Shown: positions 58,074 through 64,000 of the stretch, one piece after another | Position numbering within the stretch: position 1 is the stretch's first letter | Layout of the letters: each line of letters starts with the position of its first letter | The notes under the pieces: model-generated | What the model was told of the DNA's origin: nothing | The model's input: only the letters and a program-made list of their open reading frames with translations | Databases searched by the model: none | Program-made: the position numbers and the translations under genes | Origin: Trichoplax adhaerens | Lineage: Eukaryota > Animalia > Placozoa | Direction of reading: 5' to 3' | Assembly (NCBI RefSeq): GCF_000150275.1 | Contig: NW_002060944.1 | Span: forward strand, 6,671,102-6,735,101 | Length of the DNA: 64,000 bases

Positions 58074-60403
58074 TAATATAGACGAGTATGTATGTATATA
58101 TAATATATATATATATATATATCCCAATTTACAGAATTATACTTAACACTATAAAGGATATCTCTAAGTATAAGTACGAAGTGACAGTGATAATTAATAT
58201 ACTGTACTATATAATGTAAATGAAGTCAAGTAAAAAGTGCAAGTATATATAGAAATATTACTCAAAAGCATGGAAAGACCGATAGAATCAAATGTTAATT
58301 ATTATATATTTAATAGTAAGTAACGTAATAAGGAATTACAGTACGCCAAGTGTAATAAGCGGACTTTATACTAGTCTTTAATAACTTTTTGTTCAGTTAA
58401 TTGCAGAATTTATTCTTATTTCATTTAAATCAGTATTCGATAATTAGTGTGATAATATGGACAAAAAATTAACATTAGAGAAAAATGAGGTAAATCAATA
58501 TTATTTCTCAAATTGCCCCTGATTGGGTATAGTGAATAACCCTACTAGAATCCATAGAATCTATATATTAAGTAACGCGAGAACATCTGTACGCTATTTA
58601 ATAATTTCAATGAAAAAACAACGCTAACATTTCCGTAATAACTCAGAAAGCAATTTAAAAAATGAGGATGTAATCGTGGGTGTTAGATAATATATTCAAT
58701 TTCATTAAGCCGCAAAAGCATTTTTAATGTTTGAGTAGTGTATAGTCCTAGAGATTTGTTTCTTGAATTTGTTGATATTATCTGTTATTCATTTAAAAAA
58801 CTCATGTAATAACCTACGGTTGCTAACGGAGCAAACAGCCCAACGTTACATGAATATAGGCAGTCCCTTTTGAGATACATTTCTATGCATAGTAGAATAA
58901 TAATTGTTAAAAACAGCGTTTACCTGTATAAAACAAGTTTTAATTATCTATTCTATTCCATTATATTATCGATCGTATGACAGCAATTATATATTGACTC
59001 AATAGATTACAACAGTTTTTATTAAATGGCGGTACTACCAAAATTCTCTTTCATCATACTATACTGTATATAGTAAAAACTACAGCAAGATTTTCGTAAA
59101 ATTCTATGTAATATAAAATCAAGAGTGTGAAATTCATGCATATGATTACGATATTTACGCCATCATAGGTTCAAAATCAAATTGATACAAAAGGAAATGA
59201 TAGACCTTACTATCACTGGATAAATATTATACAGATATCCAGTAGATGGCATATACAACGTGTATAGTCGATATAGCTATGCTAATATGAGTAATATAGC
59301 TTAAGTGTGTAGGCTTACTGTTTAGTGTATACCACAACCAACAAGACTCATCGAATATTTAAAGTATCTGCAAGCATCATTCAGTAATATACAATATACA
59401 GTATACAATCACTAGAAAAATATGGCCAACCCCTCCAACTTCATTACCAATGACAAAAATAGGATGTATCTAAGGAAATGCATTATAGGGTAGAAGTGTT
59501 GTTTTAAGAAAAGAATCGTATTTTGCATAGATAATATGATAAAATAACGATATCAATAACAAATAGAACATATTTACCAATAGTAATATTAGTATACTGT
59601 ACTACAATAGTAACAATGCACTTTTGCATGACCTGAATCAGTAGGAAATTGGTAAATTTTCCTTCGCGACAAAAAATAGGTATCAAATGCTACAAATTAA
59701 TATCGCGCTTAAAAATCAAAAATAATGAACCATTTATCAATCCATCATTATTCACTAAAATTTAGAATGGATTAATCACTAATAATATACGAGATGTTAA
59801 AATGTATAATGAGTCTTTTGTAATATGACTTATCTAAATTCTTTTCTTAATTATATGCAAATTAGGAAGTCATTATGTCTTATTATTATAAGTCCGTGAG
59901 TATTTTAATTAATTAGTGAATTGATATCATACTATAGTAGATTTTAAACCCTTAGATACAGCATACTTAAAATACAAATAAATATTCCTTTACTATATTT
60001 CTACCCAGGAGTTAAGAATTACATTAGTACAGTGTGTAACATAAAACCAAAAACTGTATTTGGCCATAGCCGTGATCAGTAACGACCTTTATCTACATAG
60101 CACCAATAGTACAAGTACACCATTTCATCATTACAACATTTCGTCATAACAACAATCATCCATGACGACTTAATTTAAGTACAACGATTATTTTACGTCA
60201 TACGAGTAAACTCGTAAAGTCCTTACTTCATATTGCTATTGCACTTCCAACACACATCACTACTGCACCTAGAAGCAATTGCTAAACGTACTAATACGCG
60301 TAAATTCTGCTATAAAGTATTATTAGCATTTCGGTAATTTCGTGGAAGATTTATTACTTCGCCTTAAATATTATTTATAAATTAACTCCGATCATTTAGC
60401 AAG

Positions 60404-61269
60404 ATGGTTGTAATTGTTACAACAATACACCTTATCAACGAAAGTCCGGTAGCAAAATTATTGGCTTGGATAGGCGGTCCTCTCGGTGTAGCGGCTAATC
60501 TATACGTTTTACTCTCATGCATTAGAAACATTCATAAATCTAGCGTAACTTCTAATTCCAATACTTCTAATCAATCACTGAATAAATTAAGTATTATTAT
60601 GAAGAAGAGTCGTATTGGTAAAGTACCATCGATATTTTTCATTAGTTTAAGTCTAGGAGATCTGCTTATGTCGACTTATTTAGTGATATTGAGTGAATTC
60701 GATAGTTATTACTCATCTATGTCAATTAATGTTTCACTTATCAATAGTAATAATCTCATCGATAACTTTTCAATAAATCTACACAACTTAACATACGAAC
60801 AGGGTCAAATCATCGAAGTTGAACAGTTAAAAGTACTTACAACTTGGCTACTATCATCAAACTGTCTACTTTTACGCTTTTTAACAGCAACTGGAACAAG
60901 TGTTTCGATTGGAACTACCTTGGCTATTACATTAGATCGATACTTTGCAATAGTTTGTCCTTTAAATGTTGATCTTCGATTTACTAAATCTCGCGCTATT
61001 AAAGTTTGTACTTTAATTTGGTGTTTCGCAATTGGACAAGGTATCATAGTGATCGTGATTGCAAAAATTACCGTACTGTATGCCACTGATATAAACTGGT
61101 ATCCAAGATTATGTATCATCGGTAATATCATGAATACAGGTGTAAGAATATTTGCAAGTATTATTTCACTTATTTGTGGCTTATGTCAGCTAACTGTTTG
61201 CATATTATATTACAAAATAATAAGAACTCCAGTGTCGTTAACAGCGGTGAGTAATGCTAAGCAGCGGCA
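60404..61269 (+). CDS. Rhodopsin-class GPCR with an LGR/RXFP-type 7TM core; TM1-TM5 visible, 3' part lost in a gap
   Basis: LLAWIGGPLGVAANLYVL (TM1), FFISLSLGDLLMSTYLVIL (TM2), WLLSSNC, TTLAITLDRYFAIVCPL (TM3, DRY), VCTLIWCFA (TM4), YPRLCI, then TM5. The ORF is intronless up to the gap. Confidence 0.88.
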
Positions 61270-61450
61270 NNNNNNNNNNNNNNNNNNNNNNNNNNNNNNN
61301 NNNNNNNNNNNNNNNNNNNNNNNNNNNNNNNNNNNNNNNNNNNNNNNNNNNNNNNNNNNNNNNNNNNNNNNNNNNNNNNNNNNNNNNNNNNNNNNNNNNN
61401 NNNNNNNNNNNNNNNNNNNNNNNNNNNNNNNNNNNNNNNNNNNNNNNNNN
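61270..61450. other. Assembly gap
   Basis: Run of N. Confidence 1.
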
Positions 61451-64000
61451 AAAGCATTATGCGAGCGATAATATAAATCAAACCGTAGAAATAAGCGATC
61501 TGTGGTAAGTTTATCAATGCATTAATTTCATGTATCATGTAAATATGAGAATGTTTCGAATAGTAGATGAAATCGTTATCTATAAGTAATAAATGTATAA
61601 AATTGATATTCGCCATCATGTTTCATCTGAAATTATTATATTGTACTCCTATATTTTTAATCCTAAAAATTATGAATATTTTAAAATTAAGCACTAAACT
61701 GCTAAAGGTAGAGCATTAATTGTTACTATTTTACCAATTACTGCATCAGTTATCACCTTTTACGTCTACATTAGGTTTAAATTTTCAAATCTATTGATGA
61801 AATCTATATCATAAACTACCAAAAGTAACAATAACCTAATAAATTATAAAAGCACTAAAATAAAAACAAATCATTTACTTCCTAAAATGGTTATAATTAA
61901 TTATTTTAGATAATGATCTACTTATTTAATAAAATATTATTGAAAAAATTTCCATATCAGCGGAGAGGCCACAGTACCTGCATTTATAAATAAATATTCC
62001 CTAAAGATTCGGAAATATTATATAAAAAAAATCACTACTTTGATATACAGTAATCATCCCACATTGATAAATTATAGCATAATTATTACATATCTTAGTA
62101 AAAGTTATTAACCAACTTACATTTATTAATAACGCTATTGTTAAAATTACATGTAGAGTATTCATATGATGTCTTCCAGCGATTTTCCTTGCCATTTTCG
62201 TTTAGTAAATGATTATTATAAATGAATTATTATAGTTGTGCCGCAGCAAGTAATCAATTTCTTTCGAAAATTATCGCAGTAACTAGTGCCTTACAAAAAC
62301 AATTGAAGAAAAACTGAACATGTCTGTGTGGCGTAACTACCATCTACTATTCATCATATAATTTAGCTAAAATATTCACAAAATTTATATTCTTTAGGTC
62401 AATTGAGAAATATATTCTTTTCCCTATGTAATGACCGAATAATAGTCTTTTACTATAACAATTAATTTTTAACAGCTTTATATATAAATCTATTTATCGA
62501 GTGTGATGTGATTAATATTACTGTTACAATCGACAAGGAAATTAAAACTACTACAAGAAAATTAACACTATGAGCCTGCTATCAGGTTTGTCATCCCATA
62601 TCTAGCTACAATACGATTCCAAATACTGACGATCATTTTATTTTCAGCACGTTAAAGTAAACCACTAGTCTCTCTTAGATAAAATTAAACTTAAACTCGT
62701 AAATTTTTAGTTACTAATGCACAGATAATATAAAATTATGTATAGCATCATAGCTAACGATATTATGTAAGGAATATCAAAGTATGTTAGTTGGCGAAAG
62801 TAAAGAAGCGTTAGTTTACAAAATTCATTTATTGGTAGCTACATGTAAGATTCAACAATTTCATAAGGTATAAAAATCATGTCATAAAATTAACCTATGT
62901 TTACTAACCTCTAACATGAGATTGAATTGAACTTATATGATTTTCGATAAATCCATAATAATAAATTAATAGACACTCGCATAAAAATTAATCTTTTAAT
63001 TTGAAGATTGTCTTAGCACGGTATAATAATAAAGCATAACTTATTATTGTTTACATTGTTAATAAATCACGATTTTATACCATGTCCAAGCTTTGTATAG
63101 TCGATAGTGAACGGCTTATTCAATTAAACTACATTCATAACGCAACCTTTTAGAGCATTATAATTAAATAATTTTACTATGACGTTAAGGCTAAACAATA
63201 AAATTCGAAGCTAAGAGTCAAAAACTACAAAATGAGAAATTAAAAGAATTACAGGAAAGTGAATTTTGACGATACACCAATATAATACAGATTAAATACT
63301 GACGTTAAAGTAATAAAAAAGTCGAAACAAATCTAATTTTAGCTTGTATTGAATTAATTTTTGTCACAATTCCAGTAATACTACGGTACGGAGTCTTCCA
63401 AATAATAAATAAAAAAGCTTTAATATTAACGTTAAGTAGCGACTAAATTACTGTCACGTTCTGTAATAGTTACATAATTAGTATGTTAGCTTCTTTCTAT
63501 ATATGGTTAAATATCACGATGTTATCACGTCATGCATATATAGATGTAGTTATGGTACTATATTAAGCTTATCTATATATGTATTCTCATGTTGCCATAC
63601 TTGGCATGATAGTCTATTTGTAATGTCTAAACTAGGGAAACCTTTCTGTTAGTGATGATCTTGTGATCTACGTTAGTAGATCAAAGGTCACAATAAAGAA
63701 AGTATATAAACTCTTCATTTTAACAATAAAGTTAGTTCTTCAACTTAATTACTGGGTCTCCTTGCTGAGTGCAGATCTAGTACTTGTTACAAAATTTGGA
63801 AGTTGTAACAATTACATTTACGCCCTTCATTATAGTCCGACTACAGTTATAATATTTCAATATGTTTAAATCTGAGAATTGTAAAAGTTTAAGATTCAAC
63901 ATTAAACTCTTATTAAAAGCGGAGAATTAAAAATAACTCATTTTCATCTCTAATTATATGATCGAAGGCTATCATCCATCGTTATTTATACTTAATTTTT

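Noticed and set aside
61820-64000. Short hydrophobic ORFs (62001-62195, 63663-63869)
   Set aside because: Expected by chance in very AT-rich DNA; no motif or consistent exon chain found.

Overview
AT-rich, intron-dense eukaryotic (animal) genomic DNA with three assembly gaps. Short introns, an intronless 42-aa TPR array and an ectodomain-less LGR-type GPCR suggest a placozoan such as Trichoplax (inference from style only). Manual splicing gives eight protein-coding loci: a CCX/NCLX-type cation/Ca exchanger (+), a divergent PP1 catalytic subunit (-), RBBP6 (+), GET4 (+), an ABCA5-like transporter (+), a long TPR-array gene with a second, different copy of its 3' end (-), PIGQ/GPI1 (-) and a rhodopsin-class GPCR (+, broken by a gap). 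The most unusual element is the TPR array. It has 28 near-identical 126-bp units whose variation is concentrated at groove-facing positions, including a three-state di-residue (SN/RH/LD). Most units contain an in-frame AG|GT site, and an in-frame C-terminal module lies beyond a TGA. Other leads are a ~180-nt GC-rich hairpin next to a 93-bp tandem array, ACAGT/ACTGT palindromic tracts near gene starts, and a candidate DWNN-only RBBP6 isoform. Exon coordinates were read by eye and may be off by a few bases. No prokaryotic systems such as CRISPR arrays or operons were seen.
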